From Candidatus Zhuqueibacterota bacterium (GTDB taxonomy: Bacteria; Zhuqueibacterota; QNDG01; JABMRT01): a stretch of 64,000 nt of DNA. The notes beneath the pieces were generated by a model, which was not told where the DNA came from, searched no databases, and saw only the letters and a program-made list of their open reading frames with translations. Positions 39,002-47,759 of the stretch are shown here, in pieces (within the stretch, counting starts at the first letter, position 1; each line of letters begins with the position of its first letter). The translations under genes were made by a program, and so were the position numbers. Location: NCBI GenBank assembly GCA_013202295.1, contig JABMRT010000064.1, forward strand, positions 3,362 through 67,361, in the 5' to 3' direction.

Positions 39002-40312
39002 ATGAGTCTGGTTCATAAACTCAAATCACTTGATATGCAATGGAAAATCTTGATCGCGATTGTTTTGGGATTGACACTCGGTCTTACCTTAAATCAAACA
39101 GTTGGGCCCAATGTTCAGGAAGGCCCCTTTTTTATTCTGAAGACGCTGTTTCAATACGGTGGTGATATATTCATCCGGCTGCTTCGCATGACCATCATCC
39201 CGCTGGTGTTCGCCTCCATTTTTATGTCCATCGTAAATCTGGGCAACATACGAAAGCTCAAGCGTATCGGATCGGTTACTGTGGTCTATTATCTTACCAC
39301 AACTGCTTTAGCGGTTTTGGTTGGGATGCTGCTTGTCAATTGGATTCATCCCGGGCGGGGAATTGACCCTGCGGCGATTGAGGCGATGCAGATTGAATCT
39401 GTGGTGCCAGAATCCGTGGCTGCCCAGGGTGTGGGTGAGCGCAGTTCCCTGTTGATCATTCTGGATCAACTGGTCGATATGATCCCTAAAAATCCGATAC
39501 AAGCCATGGCAAAGGGTAACATTCTTCAACTGATTTTCTACACGATATTTTTTGCGCTCATCGCCGCAACACTCGGGAAGGAGGTTGAGCCTGTTGTGCG
39601 GGTCATTGAAGGCATTGACCGGATTATGCACAAATTCATTCTGGTGATTATGAAGATTGCGCCTTACTGTATCTTCTTTCTTGTCACTGTACTGATCATG
39701 GATCTGGGATTCAGCGTGCTTGGTGCATTGGGTAAATATGCGCTGACTGTGCTTCTGGGCCTGATTATTCATGCGGGGATCACATTGCCGATCCTGGTTC
39801 TTGTATTCGGTAAATATAATCCAATTAAGCTTTTTAAGGCAGTTCTCCCAGCTGTTCTTACGGCTTGGTCCACAGCATCAAGTGCGGCCACCTTGCCGAT
39901 TACGATGGATTGTATCGAGAAGAAAGCCGGCGTGGATCGTAAAATCGGTACATTTGTCCTACCGCTTGGCGCGACCGTGAACATGGATGGCACCGCGCTC
40001 TATGAATCTGTGGCTGTGATTTTTATAGCTGAGCTTCTGGGATTTGATCTCACAATCGGTACACAGATGATCATTTTTGTGACTGCGACGTTGGCAGCGA
40101 TTGGGGCGGCAGCTATTCCCTCCGCTGGACTAGTTACGATGGGTATTGTGCTCACCGCTGCCGGGTTACCTTTGGAGGGTATCGGTCTTATTTTAGCGAT
40201 TGACCGTATTTTAGATCAATTCCGTACGGCAGTGAATGTGTGGGGTGATTCAACTGCGGCTGTGGTTGTCGGGCGGATTGAGGGGGCGATAACGGAACTA
40301 AAACAAGATTAG
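39002..40312 (+). CDS. Dicarboxylate/amino acid:cation (Na+/H+) symporter, GltP/DctA (SDF) family
   Basis: Eight-TM hairpin architecture with conserved ...NMDGTALYE... and ...VNVWGD... motifs. AGGAG RBS. Confidence 0.75.
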   Translation: MSLVHKLKSLDMQWKILIAIVLGLTLGLTLNQTVGPNVQEGPFFILKTLFQYGGDIFIRLLRMTIIPLVFASIFMSIVNLGNIRKLKRIGSVTVVYYLTTTALAVLVGMLLVNWIHPGRGIDPAAIEAMQIESVVPESVAAQGVGERSSLLIILDQLVDMIPKNPIQAMAKGNILQLIFYTIFFALIAATLGKEVEPVVRVIEGIDRIMHKFILVIMKIAPYCIFFLVTVLIMDLGFSVLGALGKYALTVLLGLIIHAGITLPILVLVFGKYNPIKLFKAVLPAVLTAWSTASSAATLPITMDCIEKKAGVDRKIGTFVLPLGATVNMDGTALYESVAVIFIAELLGFDLTIGTQMIIFVTATLAAIGAAAIPSAGLVTMGIVLTAAGLPLEGIGLILAIDRILDQFRTAVNVWGDSTAAVVVGRIEGAITELKQD

Positions 40313-40410
40313 TCATATTTATTTTCAAAACATGTTGCAATTACGTTTTCAATTATTTATATTGATCACTCTGTAAGTAATATAAATATAATTAACTAGG
40401 CCTTTCAAAT

Positions 40411-41553
40411 ATGGGTTCATTTCCTGTTCACAAAGAGATGACATTTAAATCTGGAAAATTTACATTTAGTGCAAAATTTTCGGATGAAAAACTAACATCA
40501 AATTTAATCGAAAGTGAAATATTATTTAAAACAATCAATGACTTGCCAATATTGCCTAGTATTTCAGCTCAAATGCAAGAGGAGATAGTAAAACGATCAA
40601 TATTCAGTACCGCTGCACTTGAGGGAAACCCATTACCTGAAAAAGCAGTAATTGAAATTTTAAATCAAGATAATTATAATGAGAATTCCGAGAGAGCAAA
40701 GAAAGAAATCCAAAACTTAAAGGAGGCATATAAATATTTAAGGGCAATCTATCCTCCAGACAATTACCATAAGATAGGTGAAGAATTGATAAGAAATATC
40801 CATAAATCTATTACCAGTGGGATAAATTATAATGATAATAGCCCTGGAAAATTTCGTAATTTTATGGTTAAAGTTGGAGATGCCAACCATGGTGGCATAT
40901 ATACACCGCCTAAAATCCTTAAGGATATTTCAAATCTTATAAAGATTTTTATTGAATGGATCAATTGTGATGAGATGATGAAAATCAATCCTATTATAAG
41001 AGCTGCGTTGTCTCATTATCATTTGGGGCTCATTCATCCTTTTGGAGATGGAAACGGCCGAACAGCGAGGCTTGTTGAAGCGATAATACTTCAGACATCT
41101 GGATTTAGATATGTACCTGTGATGCTTTCAAATTTCTATTACAGAAATATAGATGATTATTATTGGGCTTTTTCTAAATCTATTAGAAATAAAGAGGATG
41201 ATGTCACAGATTTTCTTGAGTTTGTACTTAGAGGAATGATTGAATCATTAAATGAAATAAAAGAAACAATTACCTTCCATATCAGGGTATTAACCTTAAA
41301 AGACTACTTCTTATTTTTATACTCTGAGAAGAAAATTACTAATAGGCAGTATGATCTATTGTTAATATTGATAGAAAACATACATTACCAATTTACATTA
41401 AATGAAATACATAAGTCACACCCACTCAATATTTTATATCGAAATGTGAGCCCAAGTACAATCAGAAGAGATATTAAAAAACTGCTTGGTTTAGGGTTGT
41501 TGAAGGCTGTTAATGAACAAGGTTTTCAAATTAATCTCAATGCTTTGGAATAG
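40411..41553 (+). CDS. Fic-family AMPylase, class II (N-terminal inhibitory TAALEGN motif, HPFGDGNGRTAR Fic motif, C-terminal wHTH-like domain)
   Basis: Fic motif HxFx(D/E)GNGRxxR is present as HPFGDGNGRTARL. The inhibitory motif (S/T)xxxE(G/N) appears as STAALEGN. The gene is AT-rich relative to its flanks. Confidence 0.75.
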   Translation: MGSFPVHKEMTFKSGKFTFSAKFSDEKLTSNLIESEILFKTINDLPILPSISAQMQEEIVKRSIFSTAALEGNPLPEKAVIEILNQDNYNENSERAKKEIQNLKEAYKYLRAIYPPDNYHKIGEELIRNIHKSITSGINYNDNSPGKFRNFMVKVGDANHGGIYTPPKILKDISNLIKIFIEWINCDEMMKINPIIRAALSHYHLGLIHPFGDGNGRTARLVEAIILQTSGFRYVPVMLSNFYYRNIDDYYWAFSKSIRNKEDDVTDFLEFVLRGMIESLNEIKETITFHIRVLTLKDYFLFLYSEKKITNRQYDLLLILIENIHYQFTLNEIHKSHPLNILYRNVSPSTIRRDIKKLLGLGLLKAVNEQGFQINLNALE

Positions 41554-41596
41554 TCTCTTTCTTGTTCTATTTACATATTCTTAATATATTTAAAGA

Positions 41597-41851
41597 ATGA
41601 CACCCAAACAAAAAGCAATAAATGCCATACAGGAAATGCCTGATTCAATAGATTGGGCAGATATTGAAGAGCGCATCAGCTTCTTGGCTGCGATCGATCA
41701 TGGTTTAGAAGATGTCAACGCAGGGTGCGTTGTAACTCATCAACAGGTGAAAGAAAGAATTCTTGATGGTTTCAAAAAAATTCGAGCAAAGCAAAAGGTA
41801 GCTCAACCAGGTGAAATCAAAGAGATGATTATACAAGACCGAAAGAGATAA
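41597..41851 (+). CDS. Small (84 aa) protein, possible addiction-module/antitoxin-like component
   Basis: The C-terminal half DHGLEDVNAGCVVTHQQVKERI resembles the ...G..G..........EEV...L pattern of small 'putative addiction module component' proteins, from recollection only. Lies 43 nt downstream of Fic. Confidence 0.35.
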   Translation: MTPKQKAINAIQEMPDSIDWADIEERISFLAAIDHGLEDVNAGCVVTHQQVKERILDGFKKIRAKQKVAQPGEIKEMIIQDRKR

Positions 41852-41889
41852 GACACATCTCATTTAAAATTATCAATAGCAATTCAATC

Positions 41890-41970
41890 TTATAAGCGAA
41901 CGTGTGGGGTGATTCTACTGCCATTTTGTTTGTGGGGTGGATTGAGGGGGCGATAACAGAGGTTAAATAA
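41890..41970 (+). other. Diverged (~75-80% identical) duplicate of the last ~70 bp of the gltP-like gene, with its own stop codon; right boundary of the Fic islet
   Basis: 40240-40312 GTGTGGGGTGATTCAACTGC...GGATTGAGGGGGCGATAACGGAACTAAAACAAGATTAG versus 41893-41970 GTGTGGGGTGATTCTACTGC...GGATTGAGGGGGCGATAACAGAGGTTAAATAA. These encode VWGDSTAAVVVGRIEGAITELKQD* and VWGDSTAILFVGWIEGAITEVK* respectively. Confidence 0.7.
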
Positions 41971-41976
41971 ATATCA

Positions 41977-42008
41977 AGTCCCCGGCACTTGCGAAGTGCC
42001 GGGGACTT
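41977..42008. terminator. Perfect 14-bp stem / GCGA tetraloop hairpin (likely the gltP-type terminator; no clean U-tract)
   Basis: AGTCCCCGGCACTT-GCGA-AGTGCCGGGGACTT. Confidence 0.45.
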
Positions 42009-42068
42009 CCACTTGATAAACCATCCCCTAAGAAATCTTCATATTGTACTTTTTTTCACAAAAAACTA

Positions 42069-42097
42069 TTGACAAGAATAATTCTATTCTGTATATT
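42069..42097 (+). promoter_or_regulatory. Sigma-70-type promoter of the hydrogenase operon (TTGACA-17-TATATT)
   Basis: TTGACA 42069-42074, a 17-nt spacer, TATATT 42092-42097, with TG immediately upstream. It sits ~300 nt upstream of the first start codon. Confidence 0.5.
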
Positions 42098-42400
42098 CGA
42101 GAAGTATTGTGAAACAAAGTACAATAAGTCTAGAATCACATTTTTTTTGTTGAAGATATTTTCGTGTTCTTTGGCAATATCTCTTGAATGCACCCAACGC
42201 TGATTCCGATTGATAAATCGTCCTCAGATTTTTAAAATTGCGTCCTCCTTTCTGACAAGAATCCAAATTGTAATTCCAACACCATCCTCACTTATCAGCA
42301 TCTAATTCATTTAAGCATTCCCTTTACTCCAGAAACACTCTGATGGTATGCATTCAAGCTATTGCATGAATGGTATTCAATTCACAATAGGAGTACGCCG

Positions 42401-43438
42401 ATGCTGATAAAAGAACAGGCCTTGCTTTCATTTTTTGAAAAATGTGCAGATGGAAGTGTTGGAGCGTATTCAGAAGTTATTGTCCCTATCCTGACAGAAG
42501 GGCAGGATGGGCAAACTCGACTGGCTCCCTTCTCAAAAGAAAAAACATGCATTCTCGATGGATTCCGCTCAGTAGATCCCACAAAAATTCTCTATTACAT
42601 GCCTCGGGAAAAAGTGCTTCCCGTTGAAACATCCAACAAAAAACGTATTGTAGCTGGCGTGAAAGCCTGCGATGTCAAGGCCATGCAGGTGCTTGATACG
42701 GCCCTGGCCGGTGAGGATTTTGTGGATCCTGTGTATCAGGCGTGGCGTGAAGATACAGTGCTCATCAGCACGGATTGTTCCTCAACAGCGCCGACTTGTC
42801 ATTGCACGATTCTGGGCGGCACTCCCTATGCTGAATCCGGATTTGATCTGAATTTATCCAAACTGGGTGATTCCTACATTATCCAGACCGGATCGGAAAA
42901 AGGAGAGGCATTCCTCAAATTCCTCGAAAAGAACGCGGATGTTCAAAAATCAAACGACGCGGATGTGAAGGCCGTGCAGGACAACCGCAAGAAGATGGCC
43001 GATCAAGTGGCCGCGCAGAACAAGGATCTGGAACGGTCCGACAATTATCCCAATCTTCGAAAAGATATGGATAAAGAGTGGCCCGTGGCATCCGAGACCT
43101 GCGTGGGGTGTGGAGCATGTACAAATATTTGCCCGACCTGTTACTGTCTGATCCTGAATGATGAAACCAAGGCGCAACAGTTTGTGAAAGTGCGCGGTTA
43201 CGATTCCTGCCAGTGGCACGGATACGCGCGAGTCGCCGGCGGGGATTCACCCAGACCGAAGATGTCCCAGCGCTTCCGCAATCGTTATTTGTGTAAATTC
43301 CTCTTTATGCAGAGTAATTTCAATCAGCTGGGCTGCACAGGATGCGGCCGTTGCACAGAGGCTTGCGCGGGGAATATTGACTTCCGCAAAGTCGTGAAGC
43401 GGATTGTGGACGGCGTTGAAATGGCAGTGGTTGATTAA
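42401..43438 (+). CDS. AsrA / sulfhydrogenase-beta (HydB)-like 2x[4Fe-4S] subunit
   Basis: AGGAG RBS 7 nt upstream of ATG at 42401. Cys motifs CVGCGACTNICPTCYC and GCTGCGRCTEACAGNIDF. Confidence 0.65.
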   Translation: MLIKEQALLSFFEKCADGSVGAYSEVIVPILTEGQDGQTRLAPFSKEKTCILDGFRSVDPTKILYYMPREKVLPVETSNKKRIVAGVKACDVKAMQVLDTALAGEDFVDPVYQAWREDTVLISTDCSSTAPTCHCTILGGTPYAESGFDLNLSKLGDSYIIQTGSEKGEAFLKFLEKNADVQKSNDADVKAVQDNRKKMADQVAAQNKDLERSDNYPNLRKDMDKEWPVASETCVGCGACTNICPTCYCLILNDETKAQQFVKVRGYDSCQWHGYARVAGGDSPRPKMSQRFRNRYLCKFLFMQSNFNQLGCTGCGRCTEACAGNIDFRKVVKRIVDGVEMAVVD

Positions 43439-43473
43439 AGATTACAACCAACTATTTAAGTTGGAGGAGATAG

Positions 43474-44295
43474 ATGCAAAATCCATTTGAAGTGATTCCG
43501 GCTGAAATTTATGATGTGAAACAGGAGTCACCGCTGATCCGGACATTGAGCCTGAAACCGGAGAAACCGATCGAGTTCCAGACAGGTCAATTCATGGAAC
43601 TCACAATTCCAGGAGTCGGCGAGGCGCCTTTCACACCCTCCACCTCTCACTTTGTGAAAGACAAGATGGACATTACAATCATGAAAACAGGATTCATGAC
43701 CGAGTATGTGCATCAGGCCAAGGTGGGGGATAAGGTCGGACTGCGTGGACCGTTCGGTACGAATTATCCACTCGACAAATTCGAGGGCAAGGATTTGCTC
43801 ATCCTCGGCGGTGGATGTGGACTGGCGCCATTACGTTCGCTTTTCCTAACCCTGCTCGATGAAGTGGATCGATACAGGAGTATCACATTCCTGGCCGGCT
43901 CAAAAAGTCCCAAAGACTGCATTTACAAAGATGCGGCAGCCGGATGGAAAAAACATCCCACAGTAAAATTCCATCGTGCTGTCGATGTCGTCCCGGAAGG
44001 TGAAAAATGGGATGAGGATGTGGGTGTGGTCACAGTCCTTTTGAAAAAGAGTGAGATTGATCCGGCGAACAATCCGGCCGTGGTATGTGGACCGCCGGTC
44101 ATGATGAAATTCGGAACGATGGATCTGCTGAAAATGGGATATAAAGAAGAGAACATATATTTATCCATGGAAAAAAAGATGTATTGTGGGCATGGGCAGT
44201 GCCGTCATTGCGTAATGGGTGAATATTACGCGTGCAAGCACGGACCTGTGTTTCCTTACGCACAAATCAAGGATGAGGAGGCGATCTGGGAATGA
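43474..44295 (+). CDS. AsrB / sulfhydrogenase-gamma (HydG) / PyrK-like FAD-NAD(P)-binding subunit with C-terminal [2Fe-2S]
   Basis: GGAGG RBS. Ferredoxin-reductase-type FAD/NAD fold (...LAGGCGLAPLRS...). C-terminal CGHGQCRHCVMGEYYACKHGPVF. Confidence 0.65.
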   Translation: MQNPFEVIPAEIYDVKQESPLIRTLSLKPEKPIEFQTGQFMELTIPGVGEAPFTPSTSHFVKDKMDITIMKTGFMTEYVHQAKVGDKVGLRGPFGTNYPLDKFEGKDLLILGGGCGLAPLRSLFLTLLDEVDRYRSITFLAGSKSPKDCIYKDAAAGWKKHPTVKFHRAVDVVPEGEKWDEDVGVVTVLLKKSEIDPANNPAVVCGPPVMMKFGTMDLLKMGYKEENIYLSMEKKMYCGHGQCRHCVMGEYYACKHGPVFPYAQIKDEEAIWE

Positions 44296-44795
44296 AACGA
44301 CTAGTCATCGATGTCCCGGCCCTCATGGAATCCGATGTGCCGGCCGAAAAGATCAAATGCGAATATCTGTTTCACCGCAAGAATCCGGGCCCCTTCTCGG
44401 TGCTTGAAGTAGCAGAGTTCGCATCGTATTGCCGTCAATGCCGTGACGCCTTCTGCGTATCGGCCTGTCCGAAAGAGGCGCTTGAACGACAGGATGATGG
44501 TATGATCAAACGGTACAACATGCGCTGTGTGGGATGCAAGAGCTGTGTTCTGGCTTGCCCCTTCGGATGCATTTTTCCTGAGGTAATCAATTATATTACG
44601 GCCAAATGCGATAATTGTCTGAATCAACTCTCCGAAAATCCCGATTACCAGCCAGCCTGTGTCAAATCCGCACCTGCGGAAAGCTTCAGCATGCAGGATG
44701 TGGCCAAGGAAGATCCTGAAAATCATCTCTATTTTGTCGGAGATCATATCGCGGTCAAGAGCCCCGGATGGCGGCAGAAGGAGGGGAAAGCATGA
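44292..44795 (+). CDS. HycB/HydN-like 4Fe-4S polyferredoxin electron-transfer subunit
   Basis: CRQCRDAFCVSACP, CVGCKSCVLACP, CDNC...C. Overlaps the upstream gene by 4 nt. Confidence 0.65.
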   Translation: MKRLVIDVPALMESDVPAEKIKCEYLFHRKNPGPFSVLEVAEFASYCRQCRDAFCVSACPKEALERQDDGMIKRYNMRCVGCKSCVLACPFGCIFPEVINYITAKCDNCLNQLSENPDYQPACVKSAPAESFSMQDVAKEDPENHLYFVGDHIAVKSPGWRQKEGKA

Positions 44796-45715
44796 TAGGA
44801 CTCAAACTGCTTCTTCTCCTCGGCTTCATGCTGGGAACGGCCGTGTTCGGCCTGATCGTCGGATGGGTGGATCGCAAAGTGTCCGCGCGCGTGCAGTTCC
44901 GTGTGGGCCCGCCACTGCTTCAGAATTTTAATGACTTTTTTAAACTCATGGGCAAAGAGACTATCCTTGTCAAAGAGGGAATTCACTGGCTCTTCATTGC
45001 CGCACCGCTTGCAGCGTTCAGCATGCTGGCTGTGATCTCGACCATGATTTGGGTGGCTTTAATCCTGAATCAGGGATTCGGAGGCGATCTGATTGTCGTG
45101 ATGTATCTCATGATGATTTACTCTGTGATGATCGTGATTGGTGGATCCAGCACAGGGAATGTGTACTCCTCCATCGGTGCGGGGCGCGAAATCAAGCTCC
45201 TCCTGGGAGACGAACTGGTCTTTATTCTTGTTTGTCTGGTGCCGATTATTCAAACCAATTACGCGCTGCAGCTCGATCAAATCATTGCAAAACAAGCGGA
45301 AAACGGCATGGTGATCGGGTCCGTATCTGGTACGATCGCTTTTATTCTCGGGCTTCTCTGCATTCAGGCGAAAATAGCGATGCCGCCATTCCACATTGCC
45401 GAAGCTGAGACCGAACTGGTTGAGGGTCCGCTCATGGAGTACAGCGGTCCGCTGCTTGCCTTCTGGAAGCTTAACCATCACATGATGATTGTAGCCTATC
45501 CACTGCTTCTCGTTCTTCTCTTTTTCGGCGGATTCAATCTGCAGGGCATCGGCATTCTCTGGGCCGTTCTGAAATATCTTGTGATTGTGGTTTTAATGAT
45601 TCTGATTAAAAATACAAATCCCCGTATACGCATCGATACCGCGCTCCATTTCTTCTGGCGCATCGCTGCACCGCTGGGACTCATTGCTGTCATCTTAGCC
45701 GTTCTGGGAGTTTAA
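44792..45715 (+). CDS. Group-4 hydrogenase membrane subunit, NuoH/HycD/MbhM-like
   Basis: Start MIGLKLLLLLGF after a GGAGGGG RBS. Conserved GPPLLQNFNDFFKLMGKE. Confidence 0.7.
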   Translation: MIGLKLLLLLGFMLGTAVFGLIVGWVDRKVSARVQFRVGPPLLQNFNDFFKLMGKETILVKEGIHWLFIAAPLAAFSMLAVISTMIWVALILNQGFGGDLIVVMYLMMIYSVMIVIGGSSTGNVYSSIGAGREIKLLLGDELVFILVCLVPIIQTNYALQLDQIIAKQAENGMVIGSVSGTIAFILGLLCIQAKIAMPPFHIAEAETELVEGPLMEYSGPLLAFWKLNHHMMIVAYPLLLVLLFFGGFNLQGIGILWAVLKYLVIVVLMILIKNTNPRIRIDTALHFFWRIAAPLGLIAVILAVLGV

Positions 45716-45716
45716 T

Positions 45717-46136
45717 ATGGGATGGTATAACAAACGATTGGCCAAATCAATCTGGGTGTTTCATGTGAGTGCATCGCCGTGTAATAATTGCGATATCGAA
45801 ATCCTGGATTTGCTCACACCCAAATATGACGTTGAACGACTCGGCATCAAGCTGGTCGGCTCGGTCCGCCACGCAGATGTGCTTCTCGTATCCGGAGTGA
45901 TCAATCAGAAGGTTGCTCCAATGGTCAAAAAAATATACGAGCAGGCGCCGAAGCCGATTTTTGTGATGGGTGTCGGCACCTGTCCCTCAGGCGGATGCTG
46001 TTTCAACGACAGTTATAATATCGTGGAGAACCGGGAGGATGTTATTCCGTTCGACATCTACGTACCAGGATGTCCACCCAAACCTGAGGCCATGATTGCC
46101 GGAGCCGCAAAATTGATGGAGGTGCTGAATGGATAG
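45717..46136 (+). CDS. Group-4 [NiFe] hydrogenase small subunit, NuoB/HycG/MbhJ-like
   Basis: Proximal-cluster cysteines: CNNCDIE, GVGTCPSGGCC, PGCPP. Confidence 0.75.
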   Translation: MGWYNKRLAKSIWVFHVSASPCNNCDIEILDLLTPKYDVERLGIKLVGSVRHADVLLVSGVINQKVAPMVKKIYEQAPKPIFVMGVGTCPSGGCCFNDSYNIVENREDVIPFDIYVPGCPPKPEAMIAGAAKLMEVLNG

Positions 46137-46569
46137 AACTGACCGCACCGACGATTTCCTCAAGAAATTTGAAGGCAAATTAACGAATGTCATTCGCAAA
46201 CCGAAACGCCTCTATTTTGTGGTGGATGACAAGGATATCCGTGAAGTTGCACAGTATATCTTTCGCGACATGGCTTGCCGGCTCTCCACGGCCACAGCCA
46301 CCGAAGTGTATGACGCGATTGAAGTCCTTTATCAATTTTCTCATGATCCCTCAGGGTGTTATTTCTGCCCTCGTGTCCGGATCAAAGATAAAAAGAATCC
46401 AACTATGAATTCCATAACGCCCGTTGTGAAGGGCGCAAATTGGATCGAACGTGAAATGTTTGACTTCTGGGGCGTGACGTTTAAAGATCACCCCCGGCCT
46501 GAACCGCTTCTTTCCAGGAATCATCCGAACAAGCTCGATAAACCGCTCCGGTTCGGGAGGGTCTCATGA
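46129..46569 (+). CDS. NuoC-like (30-kDa) hydrogenase subunit, MbhK-like
   Basis: EREMFDFWGVTFKDHPRPEPLL motif. Confidence 0.7.
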   Translation: MDRTDRTDDFLKKFEGKLTNVIRKPKRLYFVVDDKDIREVAQYIFRDMACRLSTATATEVYDAIEVLYQFSHDPSGCYFCPRVRIKDKKNPTMNSITPVVKGANWIEREMFDFWGVTFKDHPRPEPLLSRNHPNKLDKPLRFGRVS

Positions 46570-47759
46570 AACTGAGTGAAAACATGAATCAAGTGCCGGT
46601 CGGTCCGTTTCATCCCTTACTCGAAGAAGCCGAATATTTCAATTTGACGGTCGAAGGTGAGACTGTTGTCGATATCGATCTTGACATCGGCTGGATGCAT
46701 CGGGGCCATGAATTTATTTCTGAACAGAAAACATTTACGCAATCCATATTTCTTGTCGAACGCATTTGCGGGATCTGTTCTACTTCGCATCCATTAGCCT
46801 GCGTACACGCGATTGAGGATGTGGACAATATTGAGATTCCCGAACGCGCGGCCTATATCCGCACTCTCGTGGGCGAGCTAGAACGGATTCACAGCCATTT
46901 GCTCTGGCTAGGCTTGGCAGGCCATTTCATCGGGTATGACACACTTTGGATGTGGGCGTGGAAGTACCGCGAACCGGTGCTTCAGATGTTCGAAATCATT
47001 TCCGGCAACCGGAATCACTATGGGGTCATGCGTGTGGGTGGTGTGTCACGCGATATTGATTTGGATCGTGTGAAGGAACTCCACAAAATCCTCGACACGG
47101 TGGATGCCAAAATCAAGATGATCGCCGCAGCTGCGCCGGATGATCCTGTCCTTAAATCCCGTCTTGTGGGTGTGGGCGTGCTCACCAATCAGGATGCGAT
47201 TGACATGTGTGCGGTTGGGCCCACATCCCGTGCTTCTGGTGTTCCGTGGGACGTCCGAAAAGACGAACCCACCGATGCCTATGGCTTGGTTGATTTTGAT
47301 GTCATCGTCCTTCAAAATGGAGATGTGTGGGACAAACTGGTTGTCAGGCTGCTCGAGACTTTGGAATCCACAAAGATATGCCGTCAATGCCTCGACAAAC
47401 TGAAAACCGTGAAGGGGCCCATCCTGAATAACGTGAAAGAGATTTCCGCGGGCGAGGGAATTGGCCGGTATGAAGCTCCCCGCGGTGAAGTGTTTCATTA
47501 TGTGCGAACTGATGGTTCCAACCGGGCGATTCGTCACAAAATCCGAGCACCGAGTTATGTGAATATTCCGACCTATTCGGCCTCTTGTAAGGGTATCCCC
47601 ATTGCCGACGCACTGATCACGTTGGCCGCGGTAGATCCCTGCTATTGTTGCACGGAGCGGGCGCTCAGGGTGAAGGGCGAAGATCCCGACGCCATTGATT
47701 TTGTCAAGCTGTCGCGTGAGAAGACCGAGCGAATCAGGAGGGAAATCCATGGCCACTAA
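46566..47759 (+). CDS. Group-4 [NiFe] hydrogenase large (catalytic) subunit, NuoD/MbhL-like, both Ni-Fe cysteine pairs present
   Basis: L1 motif RICGICSTSH near the N-terminus. L2 motif DPCYCCTER (DPCxxCxxR) ~20 aa from the C-terminus. Confidence 0.8.
   Translation: MKLSENMNQVPVGPFHPLLEEAEYFNLTVEGETVVDIDLDIGWMHRGHEFISEQKTFTQSIFLVERICGICSTSHPLACVHAIEDVDNIEIPERAAYIRTLVGELERIHSHLLWLGLAGHFIGYDTLWMWAWKYREPVLQMFEIISGNRNHYGVMRVGGVSRDIDLDRVKELHKILDTVDAKIKMIAAAAPDDPVLKSRLVGVGVLTNQDAIDMCAVGPTSRASGVPWDVRKDEPTDAYGLVDFDVIVLQNGDVWDKLVVRLLETLESTKICRQCLDKLKTVKGPILNNVKEISAGEGIGRYEAPRGEVFHYVRTDGSNRAIRHKIRAPSYVNIPTYSASCKGIPIADALITLAAVDPCYCCTERALRVKGEDPDAIDFVKLSREKTERIRREIHGH

Noticed and set aside
42084-42266. 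60-aa minus-strand ORF inside the hydrogenase leader
   Set aside because: It has no RBS and is AT-rich low-complexity. It runs opposite to the mapped promoter and is better explained as non-coding leader.
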